Shown piece after piece: positions 47,970 through 62,045 of a stretch of DNA of 64,000 nt. Made by a program: the position numbers and the translations under genes. The DNA comes from Eledone cirrhosa (Eukaryota): NCBI GenBank assembly GCA_964016885.1, contig OZ024747.1:69378001-69442000 (forward strand), read 5' to 3'. The notes beneath the pieces were generated by a model. The model was not told where the DNA came from. It did no database searches and was given only the letters and a program-made list of their open reading frames with translations. Each line of letters begins with the position of its first letter. Position 1 is the stretch's first letter.

Positions 47970-50139
47970 ATTATTTCTCTAGATTCCAACACCAAAACCT
48001 AAAAGCCAAATGTAAATAGCCTTTAAGAAAACCTCCCTTGCTATTTCACTTCTCTACGACCGTTAGGACAGATTTTATAAAACCAGATATACTGGAAACT
48101 TACATTGTAATGAGATACAATGCGGGTCTCTCTCTCTTAAGAACTTCAGCAAAGGCTATGTTGTCTTCTTCGATATAAGAAAAAAGTTCAAATGTGTTTT
48201 GTCCAGGGTTTCTATCTATGTTTCACTTCCTAAATCGATGTTTCATTGTCAGATCGCCATTCCGTCAATGGATTTTGTGTTGACACTTCAGTACACACTG
48301 TTCTAACTGAGCGGGGAATTTTCATGGGTCATATACTTTATCAACTCTGTGGTAATCACAGGTCACATTAGGTGTCCCACACTATTTCATCTGTAGATGA
48401 ACGTGATACTTCTTAATTCAAACCACACACGCAGTTATGCAGATCACGTTGCATTCTCTCTTTCATATATTTCAACACACATCTGCATGCCACTGAGAGA
48501 GATAGGGCGGGGGAAGCCTCCATGCCAGAGATTTGGAATTGTTTGCTCGCAGGGCATATTTTCCCCGTCTTCATATTTGAAACTACGCGCTGAAAACTAT
48601 CTAAATAACCCATATGAGAAAAAAAACAGTTTTATCCTTAAGGTTAAAACATTAATCTAAGTTGTATGTATACTTATGTATTCGTAAAATTAATGAATCT
48701 TTATTTTTCATATATCAGATGTAACTCCACAGATTCTTTCGTACTTGAAATTAGCCCCTGGTATTCAAATGGCTTCCTACGAATATTATACATAGTCACC
48801 GTCACTAGATCTTCTATATAAACGTGACTAAATCTCTGAAATAACACATTAGATAATATAGACTAAACTATACTATATTGAATAAATTAAAGAATATCAG
48901 AGCTGGAAAGACTTTGCTCTTTAAATTTCTTCAATCGAAGCTGACCTGGTGTTAACGTGCAACATTGTGAAAGCTATTTCAGTTGCCCTTTTTTCTTTAT
49001 CAATGTTCTTAGAAAGAGCAAACAATTCCCAAGACTACATTTTCCCTCTGTTATTACGTTGAGAAAATGTGTAAATTCGGTACCTAGTTAAAATACCAAA
49101 TACTCAGTCTTTCGTTTTCGTTAACTTACATAGCTTTTGATCGACCACATGACCGTCGCAGCCCCTTTCATACAGACGAAATCTTTAACATGCATAATGT
49201 AGTTCTACGTACATAACCACAGAGAAGGAGGAGATGGTCATCAAAGGAATGCGTTAAATAATAGATCAAAGATCTATTCAGTCAAATCTGGCCTAGATGC
49301 TAAACTGTAACAGCAGGCATTAAAAAATGAAACAAGATACTGAAAAATGTATATTCTAAAGTCAATTTGGTCAATTTGGTAAACTCTGGTTGAACATAAT
49401 TTTTGTTGCTCTTCGTCTTTTTCTTGAGAATCTTACACCAGGACACACATTATTCAAAGAATAATTATTTTTCCAGGTGGAAGTGTGTGTGTTAGGACAG
49501 ATTTAGCTTGTGGCTTTTCGTTTTGAGTAAACTTGTAATCATATTGAAATTGGTATTTATCAAAATGTATTTTTGTTTCGTTTAGCACCAAATCGTCTGT
49601 GATCGAACAGACCTTTGCTAAACCTTTTTCTAATCATGAATATCGCGTCTTTCCTTTTCAACTATATTGCACCACAGACTACATTATTCACCGTGATCTT
49701 TTATTAAGATGGAGCTCCAGTGTCAAAAGTTGATCTGCTTTCTATTTCAAATAATCCAAGCAGCCAAAATAGGATTCGTTTGATGTGATCGTCAACATTT
49801 TTCTATGCTGTCCACTTGGCCAATCAATCAAATACCCATGGATGATGTACCTAGTTCTGGGGTGCTACTCTAAACGTCTGACTGTGTCAATCGTTGCATT
49901 TCAATGGGCCTTAGAAATATTTGCCGATACCCATCTTCTCTCCAAGCATCCAGTCCCTCCCTTAGTTAAGCCTTCCAGCTGAAGCAGTTATCTGGATATG
50001 GCTGAAAAATGTCCGAGAGCCAAAAATGAAGATCAAGTGAGAACCAGTGTACCGGTCAACCCCTAAAAACGCCGCTGCCAAATATCAAGGTATTCTCTCT
50101 TACCAGACACTCCAGTTTTGAGATAATGTTTCTTCAAAT

Positions 50140-50520
50140 GCTGGATAACGGTATGTTCGGTATTGCAATCACTTTTCTTTAAATCACCTCAATCTATTTT
50201 CAAAGGAACATTAGATAATGTTATATCTAGTATTGAAATGACGTTTCTATTAAGCAGGCGTAATTTCAGCGTAGTAAATGTCTCTAGAACCCACCATTCT
50301 GCTTGTTGTCTATATAGCATTCAAGTCTCTGATCCATACACGAAAACTTTCAGGATCGCTACCTCCTAGATTTTGATCTCAGTAGAGAACAGGATGTTGT
50401 TATTACTGATTACTATTTATGCAGTTTACCAAATTCTTTGCTTTCTAAACTAATCCTATATGCAATTTCCTTGTCTAATGATCCATCATTGATACACATT
50501 CTTGTGAGTCACTCGACATA
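50140..50520 (-). mobile_element. Decayed RTE-clade LINE fragment
   Basis: Minus-strand translation INDGSLDKEIAYRISLESKEFGKL ... ISTEIKI ... VFVYGSET*MLYRQ. Confidence 0.6.
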
Positions 50521-50851
50521 TCTAGATTGTTTCCTTTCATTAAAATACAAATGTATAAAAAACATAATATAGATAGAATGAAACATCGTCATGATTCTTA
50601 GATCTGACAGCGTATTTGAATAATTTCTGCTAGGAGTAATGCTTCTCTATCCTTACTCGTCTAAATAGATAACCAATATGTATGTATGTGTGTATATATA
50701 TATATATACATATTATATATAACGACATGTTTGCATATACACATATGTATATGATATAGGAATAAATAATTCGTGGATATAATGAAGATATTTCTTCGTG
50801 CTAGAGTTTACCAAAAAGATTATTGAAATAGTCAGAATGCAAATGTCTAGG

Positions 50852-50935
<84 letters not shown>

Positions 50936-50968
50936 TATTGAAGTTTGCTTGAAGCATTGTGGAACAAT

Positions 50969-51155
50969 AAGTAAATATCTTTAAGTCGTTTGGAAGCCTC
51001 GACAATGCAAATGGGTAAATCTCACACATCTTATACACACCACGCATCTCAACGTACACCCACTTACATCTCTCTCTCCACCACCGGACCTTGTTACCCG
51101 GAGATTTACCCATTTGCATTGTCGAGGCTTCCAAACGATTTAAAGATATTTACTT
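50969..51155. repeat. 55-bp inverted repeat with a 77-bp spacer, between TA tracts
   Basis: 50969-51023 versus 51101-51155, about one mismatch. Confidence 0.85.
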
Positions 51156-51300
51156 TATATATATATATATATATATATATAATAATAAATCTAATCTCCG
51201 TTTTTCGAATATTAATAATAACATTCGATTCGTTTGCAATTATGCACACAAGCCTCATTGTTAAAGCTATGTCAGTAGATGAACCCTTCATTCTTGCTCT

Positions 51301-51341
<41 letters not shown>

Positions 51342-51994
51342 ATAATAATAAATTTGAAGACTAAAATCTGTTATTTTAATAAATATATATATATATATAT
51401 ATATTAAAATAACAGATTAAAGTTTAAGCAAAGAATCGCTGCTTTCACCCTTAACGGGATCTTCTGAAACTAACAAAGTCAATCTGTAAACGCAGAAGTG
51501 GATATTTCAAAAAACGTTGCAACCGGAGGAAGACAGGAAGACGATACTTTGGTTCGTGGAAACGTTCCCTGGCAAAGAACGGGAAAAAACGAATATAATA
51601 CGTCATTAATAGGAGCGGTGAAAAACAATTACGCGCAAAGACAGAACCACATTTATGGTATAAAAGAGGTCGTAGACTAATGTTCTCTTAGGTGGTTCAT
51701 AGAGACGTTCTCTGGCAATGAACGAAAAATACGCAGATAATACGTCATATGTGGAGCGTGGATATTTGCTCTACGGTTCTTATATATTTGATATATATTT
51801 ATCCTTATCGAGCCCTCTTTGGACTTTTGTCTTCAAATTTATTATTATTACTATATATATATATATAGTTCGGATCTAGCTGTCGAAACGGCCGGAGCTC
51901 AGCCGTCGATCTTGATTTATATATATAATTTATATATTTATATATAGAATAGGAAAATGCGAAGTAGTGTCAGATGTTAAAGTCCTTTATTGAT

Positions 51995-52074
51995 AAGGCT
52001 GTGATATATATTTCAATGACGACAGTGGCCACGCAATTCCGCGTCCCAGTACCATGATCTCATCAGATAGCTTC
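51995..52074 (-). ncRNA. Degenerate type I hammerhead ribozyme at the 3' end of an old PLE
   Basis: GAAGCTAT-CTGATGA-long stem II-GAAA-TATATA-TC^ACAGCCTT followed by AATAAA; two A-C mismatches in stem I. Confidence 0.65.
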
Positions 52075-52361
52075 TTACATAATAAGTTTACGTTCGCAAA
52101 GCAATCCAAATGAAAAAGACAAGGGAACGGTGAAAGATGATGTTGTTGAAGTGAGAGAGGAAGAGAGGAAAGGATGAGGAGGAGGGAGAGATGAAAAAGG
52201 CGATACTGAATGTATAAGTGTAGATAGAGGTGTATATGTAGTTGTATTGCTGTGATGTTGCACCGGTGACTAAACGGTGAAACGTTTGGAGCAGAGAGGA
52301 AGTTTTTAAGCTGTTTGAGTGACAGGGCATTTATTTAAAAGGTATGTCTAAATGGTAGGGG

Positions 52362-53060
52362 TTGAGAGATAGGAAGGTATGTCTACTAGGTGAGGGTAAT
52401 TATGAATGTATCTCTAGTGGGTGGAGATATAGGGCAGGTATGTCTCATGGGTGGAGATATAGGGCAGGTATGTCTCATGGGTGGAGAGATAGGGAAGGTA
52501 TGTCTCGTGGGTGGGGTGATTGGAAGGTGTCTCGTGGGTGGAGAGATAGGGAACGTATGTTTCGTGGGTGGAGAGAAAGAGCAGGTATGTCTCGTGGGTG
52601 GTGTGATTGGAAGGTACGCCTCGTGGGTGGGGTGATTGGGAAGGTATGTCTTGTGGGTTGGTTGATAGGGAAGGTATGTCTCGTGGGTGGAGAGATAGGG
52701 AAGGTATGTTTCGTGGGTGGTGTGATAGGGCAGATATGTCTCGTGGGTGAGTTGATAGGGCAGGTATGTCTCGTGGGTGAGTTGATAGAGCAGGTATGTC
52801 TAGTGGGTTGGGTGATTGGAAAAATATGTCTCGTGGGTGAAGATAAGGCAGGTATGTTTCGTGGGTGGGGTGATTGGGAAAATATGTCTAGTGAGTGGGA
52901 TGACCGAAGGCAAATATGTCTGGTGGGTGGGGCGAGTATGTTTAGTGGGTGGAGTGCTTGGAGGCAGATATGTCTTGTGGTTGGGGTGAGTGGAGGCAGA
53001 TATGTCTAGTGGGTGGGGTGAGTGGAGGCAGATATGTCTAGTGGGTGGGGTGAGTGGAAG
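52362..53060. repeat. G-rich ~30-bp minisatellite (~23 units)
   Basis: Consensus approximately GGGCAGGTATGTCTCGTGGGTGGAGAGATA. Confidence 0.92.
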
Positions 53061-53606
53061 CAGTTTTGGCCGTTTGTTAACTTAAAAAAAATACACCCTG
53101 TATAACTTTAACATAAACTGTTGATATAAGGTTATTTAAGGATTGGGATTGGGTGTAATATGAAAGTTGAGATCGTATTGTTGTACTTCAGGCCACCAGA
53201 CGTTGGATGTATCGTATTATCCATAGTTTTGTTATTGAATCTAGGGAGAATAGAGAAAGCTCCCAAACTATATAAAGTTTAATTGAAATGATCTTTTATT
53301 TAGGTTTAAGCTAACAAATGGAGTTCATAGTTCTGAAACAGAGTCTCAGCAATGTTTTGGTCGACAGTCTACAGTAGTAAATTACATAAACCTAAATTCA
53401 GGCTTTGTATAATTCTATTTGCCATGCATTACCATGTAACCTTAACAGACGATGGAATCGTAGAGGCACCGTCGTGATGGTGTTTCTTGGGCATTTACTG
53501 CTCTTCAGATTTGAATACAACCAATTTCTTCCCGAAGAGGCATTGAGAAAAAGATATACATATATATATATACATTACACACACACACACATATATATAT
53601 ATAAAT

Positions 53607-53702
53607 AGAGAGAGAGGGGGGAGAGAGAGGGGAGAGACGGCTGAGAGGGAGGGGAGGGTAAAGAGAGGGGGAGATTGAGAGGGAGGGAGGGAGAGAGAGA
53701 GG

Positions 53703-53781
<79 letters not shown>

Positions 53782-53805
53782 AGGGAGAGAGAGAAAGAGA
53801 GAGTG
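53607..53805. repeat. (GA)n/purine tract
   Basis: Directly visible. Confidence 0.9.
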
Positions 53806-54605
53806 AGAATGTAAGAAAGAGATCAGGAGAAAGAACTGAAACCTGTACTGGATTGGTAATCCATTTGTCAAACTAAAGAGTGGGAAAAGCAAAGACGACC
53901 TGGGAAGGATTTCAACCCGGAGCGCAGAGAATCAGAACGATTACCGCAATGCATTCTATTTGACGATCCAACGACTTTGCCAATTCCTCGCGTATTACGC
54001 TATTTAGTAAGAACAATTAACTGTTCAAGGAAGAATCTGAGTTACACGAATGCTTCAGTATTAGCATGGATAACGTGTCTTGTTATATTTAGTGGTGCGT
54101 TTTTATGATCTTTGTTCAAATCTCACAAAGGTCAAATTTTCCTTTCGTCCATCTTGGCCCGATAAAATTGTTTCTTTCTCAATAACCGTGAGGCCTCAAG
54201 CTTAGGTGTATAAAATATTATTGTTAACTAATGGAAAAAAGGATATGTTAACACATACACGCTGATATACTTACATATGCACATACACAAGCATACACAA
54301 ACATACATATATATATATATATATACAAAGGTAAACACAAACGCACAAATACTCACGAACACACTGGCATATGCACACAAACACACATGCAGACTGAAAA
54401 CGAAAGTCATCTATCTCGCGAGGTAAATATTTCTGAGAGTAGCGTCTCAGGTGTGTGTACATGCGTGCGTGCATTTGAGTGTGTTATCAGTAGGAAATAT
54501 CACACAACACAATTCTAAATATGCCCCCCCCCCCCCTCCCCCCCTCAAACAAAAATTAAATAAATAAAAATGGCAGAGTGGTCACAGCTGCAACAGCCCT
54601 GCTTA

Positions 54606-54828
54606 TAATGATTTCTGATTTAGGCATAAGACCAGCAATTTTGGGGGGATGGGAAGATCGATGAAATCAACCCCAGTGCGTTACAGGTACTTTATTTTAT
54701 CAACCGTATAAGTATGAAAGGCAAAGCTAACCTAAGGATTTGAACTGAGACGGTGAAGCGTCGTAACTCTATATGTGCTATAAAGCATGGTGTCCGATGC
54801 TCTACTGATACTGCCAATCCACCGCCCT
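54606..54828 (-). mobile_element. Near full-length SINE family A copy
   Basis: Head AGGGCGGTGGATTGGCAGTATCAGTAGAGCATCGGAC, B box, core and tail all on the minus strand. Confidence 0.82.
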
Positions 54829-55038
54829 AACAGCTATTCGATCAGGGCTGCTCGGGGGGGGGGGGGGGGGGTAATAAATAATAGGATCAAGGAGAACAAA
54901 TAGCAAAGAATCAGGTATTTTGAAAATATCATAGTATGTATTCAATATAACCTGATCTAATTCTTAGACAGCTAATACAAACAAACAAATAAAAACAATA
55001 AAAATAAAAATCTTATTTTTCGTCATACATTCTAGAAT

Positions 55039-55148
55039 ATCCTGCCGAGGTTAACTTTGCCATTCATCCTTACGGGGTCGACAAAATAAAGTACCAGTAA
55101 TACACTGGGTATTTGCTGGCCTTGTGCCAAAAGTAGAAACAATTATTA
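55039..55148 (+). mobile_element. SINE family A, 3' half
   Basis: GCCGAGGTTAACTTTGCC..GGGGTCGACAAAATAAAGTACCAG..AGAAACAATTATTA. Confidence 0.8.
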
Positions 55149-55404
55149 CGTATATGAGCAATAGTGTAGTCCTACCTACACGTGACTGAAGCGTACCCAC
55201 TGGAATGTATATAATTGTCTTTGTATATGGCTGTGATGAGAAATTTAATTACTTCCTAAATTGAGTCAATATATTTTATAATCCTTTCACGAACTTCTTA
55301 CTACAAGATCCTACTATCCAATGTGTTTTAATACATTTTCAAACTTTTTACATTTTATCAAGAATTTAAAATTGTTTAGTGTAAATATTGAAAACTATTT
55401 GTAA

Positions 55405-55710
55405 GTATCTGACTCTGCGACTAATCCAGGCAGTTCGGGTCGAGGAGGGTAAACTCTCCAAATATCGGTCGTTTTCCGACAGGTTTGTGGCCAGGCCCGT
55501 ATCAGTGGCGACTTCTAGTGTCCTTGGCCCTAAGACCACCTCCCTACTCACTACCATCGGCACGGTGTTGACTACCCGCAGATGTGAGCCTCGCGAGCTG
55601 GAATGGCTCTTTCAACGCGTCTCCTTCACCAACCTCCGAGGGAAACTCCTTCTCTATTCTGTCCGCTGGGTCTACGGGGCGGCCAGTGCATGGGTTCCCA
55701 TTTGCTTATA
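55405..55710 (+). mobile_element. Decayed 3' fragment of a CRE-like (RLE endonuclease) non-LTR retrotransposon
   Basis: EEGKLSKY..F...PVSVATSSVLGP...IG..L....EPRELEWLFQRVS...RG matches the CRE-type motif E..K..KY...F.P...ET.G..G...FQR.S...RGN. Confidence 0.7.
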
Positions 55711-57086
55711 ATAGTGAAAGATGGGAAATGCGAGAGAATCGGAGACAGTGAGTGAAAGAGAGAGAGAACAACGCCCACACGCACTTAATAAGACAACGAT
55801 AATTTAGTATAGTCGTTGTTATTTTCTTGTAGATTAAGTATCTGGCATAAAACTGTGACAGAACTCATTGCTTTATGATACATGTGGCTCTTGTTTCTGC
55901 TATTGCTCGGCTCCTGATCAACACTGACTGGAAGACCCATTATTAGAGGCATTTCCAGTCGTAATTGTTCCAATGTCTTTATGGGTGCCCAGAACTACAT
56001 TTCTAACGTATCTTTTCCGTTTTTTAAAGAAAATAGTACAAGATTTTAAGAAATGTGGCTGGTATTTCTAGCAGAGAAAGCAACTGGATAGAGCTTCTCT
56101 TGTTGCATCTTTATGCTTTTTGTTACAACTATATTAGTGTCAGAATCTTAATTTAGATATGAACACTTTTTTTATTGGTTGTCTTAGGCCTGATGTAATT
56201 AGAGCGGTTAACACTGGCTTCATATACTGTCTTTTTTTTCCTCTGCGTTCATTTTCAGATATAGATAAAAGAATGTATTGCATTTTATGAGTATCTTTCA
56301 TAAAACTTTATGTAGATATAAACATTTACAGCCCTTTAGAATCTGCGTGTATTTGGATTTTTAAGGGTGACAGTACATTAATAGGCAGCTGTAACAACCA
56401 TAGAATGGTTTTGGAATGGAGGCATCTAGAAATAAATAATTCTACAGAGGAATTGATGGTCAATTTCTTTTTTTTATATATAAAACACTGAAAGAAAAGC
56501 AGTAGAATGTGTTCTACTTCTCTTTTAAAGAAGCTAGATGTAACATAGAAAAATAGGCCGCCATAAAAATCATACTCAACCAATCAAGAATAAAACCGTA
56601 TAATTCTCTAGTCTCAGACGATTTCTTGTTCTTTCATTTGTTATTAAGGAATAAAAATGCTTCACAGAATTCAGAAGTCTTTAGCAGTACGATCAATAAA
56701 GAAAGGATTAAGAAACAAGTACATTTTGCAGAGATTTTGCAGGTCAAATTCTGCTGTACCAATTAACCATTCTGTATAATAAAGCTTTCTTTTAAGCTGC
56801 AGTGTAAGAGGATGTATTAAGTTGCATTTCAAATTCTCGCTGGCTATTTCAAGTGAGAGTTATAATTATTTGTGGTTATAAACTGTATTTATGGTTAAAA
56901 GGGAAGGAACTTTCTAATTGTGCAATAAGAACATTCGATTGCAACATATATTTAACTTCCTTAATAGCATAGACTGCTTTTGATGTTCTCCCTGCAACGT
57001 TTGCATGTATCTGTTTCAGACGCACATTCACTGTATTTACAAGAGTATACATATGTTTTTGTGTTGGCTGGTATATTTGTGAGCTT

Positions 57087-57087
57087 A

Positions 57088-57120
<33 letters not shown>

Positions 57121-57318
57121 GTATTTGTGGATGGACGTCTGTACATGTGCATGTTTGTATGTGTGTGAACATGTGTGTGTGTGAGCGTGTGTGTGAGCAT
57201 GTGTGTGAGAGCGTGTGTGTGAGAGCATGTGTTTGTGAGCGTGTGTGTGTGAGCGTGTGTGTGTGTGTGTATGAGCGTGTGTGTGTGTGTGTGAGCGTGG
57301 GTATATGTGAGCGTGTGA
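57087..57318. repeat. (TG)n/(GTGAGC) microsatellite
   Basis: Directly visible. Confidence 0.85.
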
Positions 57319-58076
57319 TGAAAGGAGAAAGATGCATTTATGCTTAATAGAATAGAGTGTCATAGCAGCAATTTCTCTGTATGTATCTGTGTAATATAGA
57401 CGATTTTGATTTTGTGATATGATGTAACGTGTATCATTGATACAGAGAATTTCGGCTAAGGAGAGAAGGGTTATATTATTTTACATGCTCTGCCCCTAAT
57501 CAAAGCTGCTATGTAACAACTTTAAAGAGAGTGAATGAAGCTATTATTTAGCTAAATCTCTATTGTTATTCTCCATGAACTCTTTACTTGGCCTTTCACA
57601 CAGTCAGGTTCTTGTTTGTAACAATTCTCAAATTATAGAAAAAGGACAGAACATTTATGGTTTTTGTCGCCGAAGAGAGCTTATAGATTTTATACATGGT
57701 GTTTATCATTGTTTATTATTTTGGCACTGCCAATACGTATATATACATACACACACAAATGTGTCTGTGTGTGATATTGGTTAGTGTGTATGTAAAATAT
57801 ATATATATGTATGTGTGTGTGTGTTGTATATGAAGATGTATAAAAAGAGAGAAGGCGTGGGAGAATAGAGCAGAGCAAATGTGTGTGTATGCATGAAGAT
57901 ACGAATGTGTACATGTGAGTGCGCATGTGTGCTGTGTCTTTCGCTAACTATAGATATCTTTGTTGTGGACAAAATGTATAAAAAGTAAATTCTAATAAAT
58001 AGTTTAACTTTCAATTTCTATGAATAAACATTATCTTTATGTGCTTCCTAGTATATAATGCAAACATACACCCACT

Positions 58077-58077
<1 letters not shown>

Positions 58078-58162
<85 letters not shown>

Positions 58163-58225
58163 AGATAGAGAAAGAGAGAAATATAGATGCTGAGATAGAT
58201 AATCAGACATATATGCATGCACGTA

Positions 58226-58299
<74 letters not shown>

Positions 58300-58730
58300 T
58301 ACATACATATATATATATACATATATATATATACATATATATATATACATATATATACATATATATACATATATATATACATATATATATACATATATAT
58401 ACATATATATACATATATATATATACATATATATATATACATATATATATATATACATATATATATATACATATATATATATACACATATATATATATAC
58501 ATATATATATATACACATATATATATATATACACATATATATATATACACATATATATATATACACATACATATATATACATATACATACATACACATAT
58601 ATATACACATATATATTTATACACACATATATATATATACACACACATACACATACATACACACACACACACACATATATATATTTATATATATATATAT
58701 ATATGTATATGATATAAAACGATCAATATG

Positions 58731-58810
<80 letters not shown>
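58078..58810. repeat. Compound (GA)n-(TA/TACA)n-(GA)n microsatellite
   Basis: Directly visible. Confidence 0.9.
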
Positions 58811-58813
<3 letters not shown>

Positions 58814-61076
58814 AGAAATTGATACATAGATATTTCGATAGAAAGATAGCTAGAGAGATGAATAAATAGATAGATCTATATTATTATTATGTGATTTTGA
58901 ATAAAAATAAATGATCATAGCAGAATGAATGTGGTCCTACTTAAATTCTAGAAATAAAACATGACAAATCAAAATAAGAAATATTGTGTTATGGGTTTCT
59001 TTGCAATAAACAAAAGAATATCAATAAATAACAATATACGACTAGATATAACCTTGTGCGCATTAAGAGTATTGTTTCACTTCTACCAAGATGAAGGATG
59101 GAATATCCTTCCGCCCCCATCCTTCTTCCTGCTATTGATTTTACCATTCACATAACACCGAAACAGCGAAAGGTTATTCGAAAGTTCTTTACAGATAAAA
59201 GATCTACCTACATTTATTGATGGTTTATGTAGTTTTTCATTGCAAATATTAGTGCATTTCTTCGTGTAATTAGAATTCCATTCCACTTCACTGAATATAT
59301 CTTCATTTTCAGGATTACTGGACCTTTTTCAACAAAGAAAATATTTTCTGTTTATTACATTTTGGCACTACTAGCTTTAGATAGTTCTTTGTTTTAAATA
59401 TTTCAGAATGTGAGCTTAATAAAGTCAAACCAAACGAATGATATCGTAATTCATATAGAGCTTGTATCTTGATCTTTCCACAATATAGAGGTCAACTCAT
59501 TGTAAAATTGCCAAAGCCTTCATAGCATTACAACTATAAAAATGCCTGTAAATCTCTAAATATTTTCATATAGTTTTATTCCCGAATTTCTGAGACACGT
59601 TGGTACTGATATTGTCCAAAATGTTTAGGTTGTACATATATATATACACCCCTTTTATGTATCCCAGGGATACTTTCTTTTACTTCAAGGTCACTTTGGT
59701 AATCGTTGTAATAGAATGTGTTATACATTATCGCAGTGGAACATATTCTCTCATGGCCTATTGGGCGCTTTGTACATAGCAGCAAAATCTAACGAAACAG
59801 TCGATAGTTACGCAACATTGCCAATTATTATGGTAAGCTAGACCAATTATAGTATCTATTTATTTAAAGCTAGGTAAGGGCGTTGTTCATAGGCATAGTA
59901 TGAAACCTGCTTCAGAATATGAAGGGCAGCTTAAAAGCTAGAACTTGGAACTCATGAAAGCAAGGGAGTGTATGTAACTTTAAAGCAAGGGAGTGTATGT
60001 AAACCTTTCCAAAAGATTTGAACTATGGATTGTGTAATACAATGAAATACCTTTGAACATTAAAACATCTATTACAGATCTTCACAACGACTTCAATGCA
60101 ATACACAACATAATTATGGAGTTATATATTATGAAGCACAAATTTTAGTGTTGTTAAATGTTAAATTTCAACAAAACTGATAAACAGTGAAAACACGAAT
60201 CTAAAAGAAGGCCAAATTTACTGATATAGATTATCCACTATCTAGATACGTCCTTGTATAAAATACACATTCACCCTCTTCACAGTCTTCTGTTTCCGTT
60301 TTGTTAGCCTATGACATCAACACCATTACAGCTGGGCATGGTATTTCATTTGACCAGCTGTCCACTGTACAATGGTCACTTCCTCTTTCGGGAAATTGGG
60401 ACCCTCATGGCATTGTCTAAGCTTGATGGTGATTATCTTGTGGGATTTCAATAGACTGTGAACGGAAGGAACTATGTGATGTAGTATTAAACAAACATGT
60501 CGGCAAGTGTTTTCCATAGTATGGCTTTTTACAATATATTTTAATACTGGAGACATTTGCCGCGCCGCTTCCCTACACTATTTTCACTCCATTGTTCATT
60601 GTTTGGCTTTGGTCAGGGTTCAATACTCTGAGAACTGTATTTAATTGTATTTAATCATATACTTTGTCCTTTTAAGTTGGTCAACAGGCATTTAACTATA
60701 CTTGTTCTTCTTATCAATGTTTATCTACTGATGCATCCAGGTCTCACTATTTACAAGCAACAACTACTTTAGATTTAATTATCTTCTAAATTGGTTCATC
60801 ATTTTTCTTCACTGCCACCAGTACCAGTATCACTATTACAAATACTACCACCATAAATAGCACTAACATCAGCAACAATAGCAGCAACAACAACACTAAC
60901 ACATCAAATAACCACTGCCGTCCTTCATTATCAATGTCATCACCAGTACATTTTACACACCACCTACATCACCACTACTCTAACGAACATCAACACCACC
61001 CCTGATCTGTAGAACAGCATACTAAATATAACATTATGATACACACGAACAAACACATCCGCACACACACATATTG

Positions 61077-61079
<3 letters not shown>

Positions 61080-61139
<60 letters not shown>

Positions 61140-61238
61140 GCGTGTGTGTGCGTGCGTGTGTATGTGTGTTTATATTGTATATATAGATATATATAAGGTG
61201 TTTATATATAAGTATGTATGTGTCTATGTAAGTATATA

Positions 61239-61277
<39 letters not shown>

Positions 61278-61311
61278 CATATATAATGTATATACATATA
61301 TAAATATATAC

Positions 61312-61348
<37 letters not shown>

Positions 61349-61372
61349 GTATATACATATATAAATATATAC

Positions 61373-61431
<59 letters not shown>

Positions 61432-61461
61432 TATAATGTATATACATATATAAATATATAC

Positions 61462-61505
<44 letters not shown>

Positions 61506-61527
61506 GTGTGTGTATGTGTGTGTGTGT
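61080..61527. repeat. Compound (CA)n/(TA)n microsatellite with a three-fold higher-order unit
   Basis: ATAATGTATATACATATATAAATATATACG recurs near 61283, 61343 and 61433. Confidence 0.85.
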
Positions 61528-61991
61528 AGGATTAAATGCATCATCAGTGATTAAGGAAGTAGCTTTTCTAATAGGCTATCTACAAGAATGCATGCATATT
61601 TCGATATAACGTCATTTTTCAAGTACAGGAAATTTAAAATTCTTATTTGCTTCTCAAACAATTGCTAAGAAGTAAATCAATGGCCGAGCTGATTGTCGTC
61701 CCATCTTTTACAAAATACTGACCATCTCTTACAGCGGAAGGAAACGGTTAGAGAGATGAGTCTTCTGAAATTGATCTTTTTCATTAGACATTCTAATGTT
61801 ATAAGTTATTCGAGTCTTGATTAAATAAATTCAGGTGGAGGCACTCTACATGCAATATGTATATAAATATGTAAAGACAAGTTGTACTTGCAATGAATCG
61901 GTGTCATTTTTAGTTACTCTGTGCAAAAGACATTCTATTCTTTCTTGTAGAAATAATTTCCATTTGTATTGTCAACAAAATTACTTCTCTG

Positions 61992-62045
<54 letters not shown>

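Larger units (their letters stand above)
51945..53400 (-). mobile_element. Probable decayed PLE 3' portion (EN tail remnant, minisatellite UTR, pLTR HHR)
   Basis: HHR + polyA signal abutting TA; a KLWIIRY..GGL remnant near 53180-53245 resembles the GIY-YIG end motif WI..L....GLN; boundaries approximate. Confidence 0.45.

Noticed and set aside
51428-51468. HHR-like motif on the minus strand (CAGAAGA-TCCCGTTAAGGGT-GAAA)
   Set aside because: Box mutated and stems I and III not convincing.
52362-53009. 215-aa and 81-aa repetitive ORFs
   Set aside because: Translations of the 30-bp minisatellite.
61530-61556. CTGATGA on the minus strand
   Set aside because: No stem II or GAAA follows; chance 7-mer.
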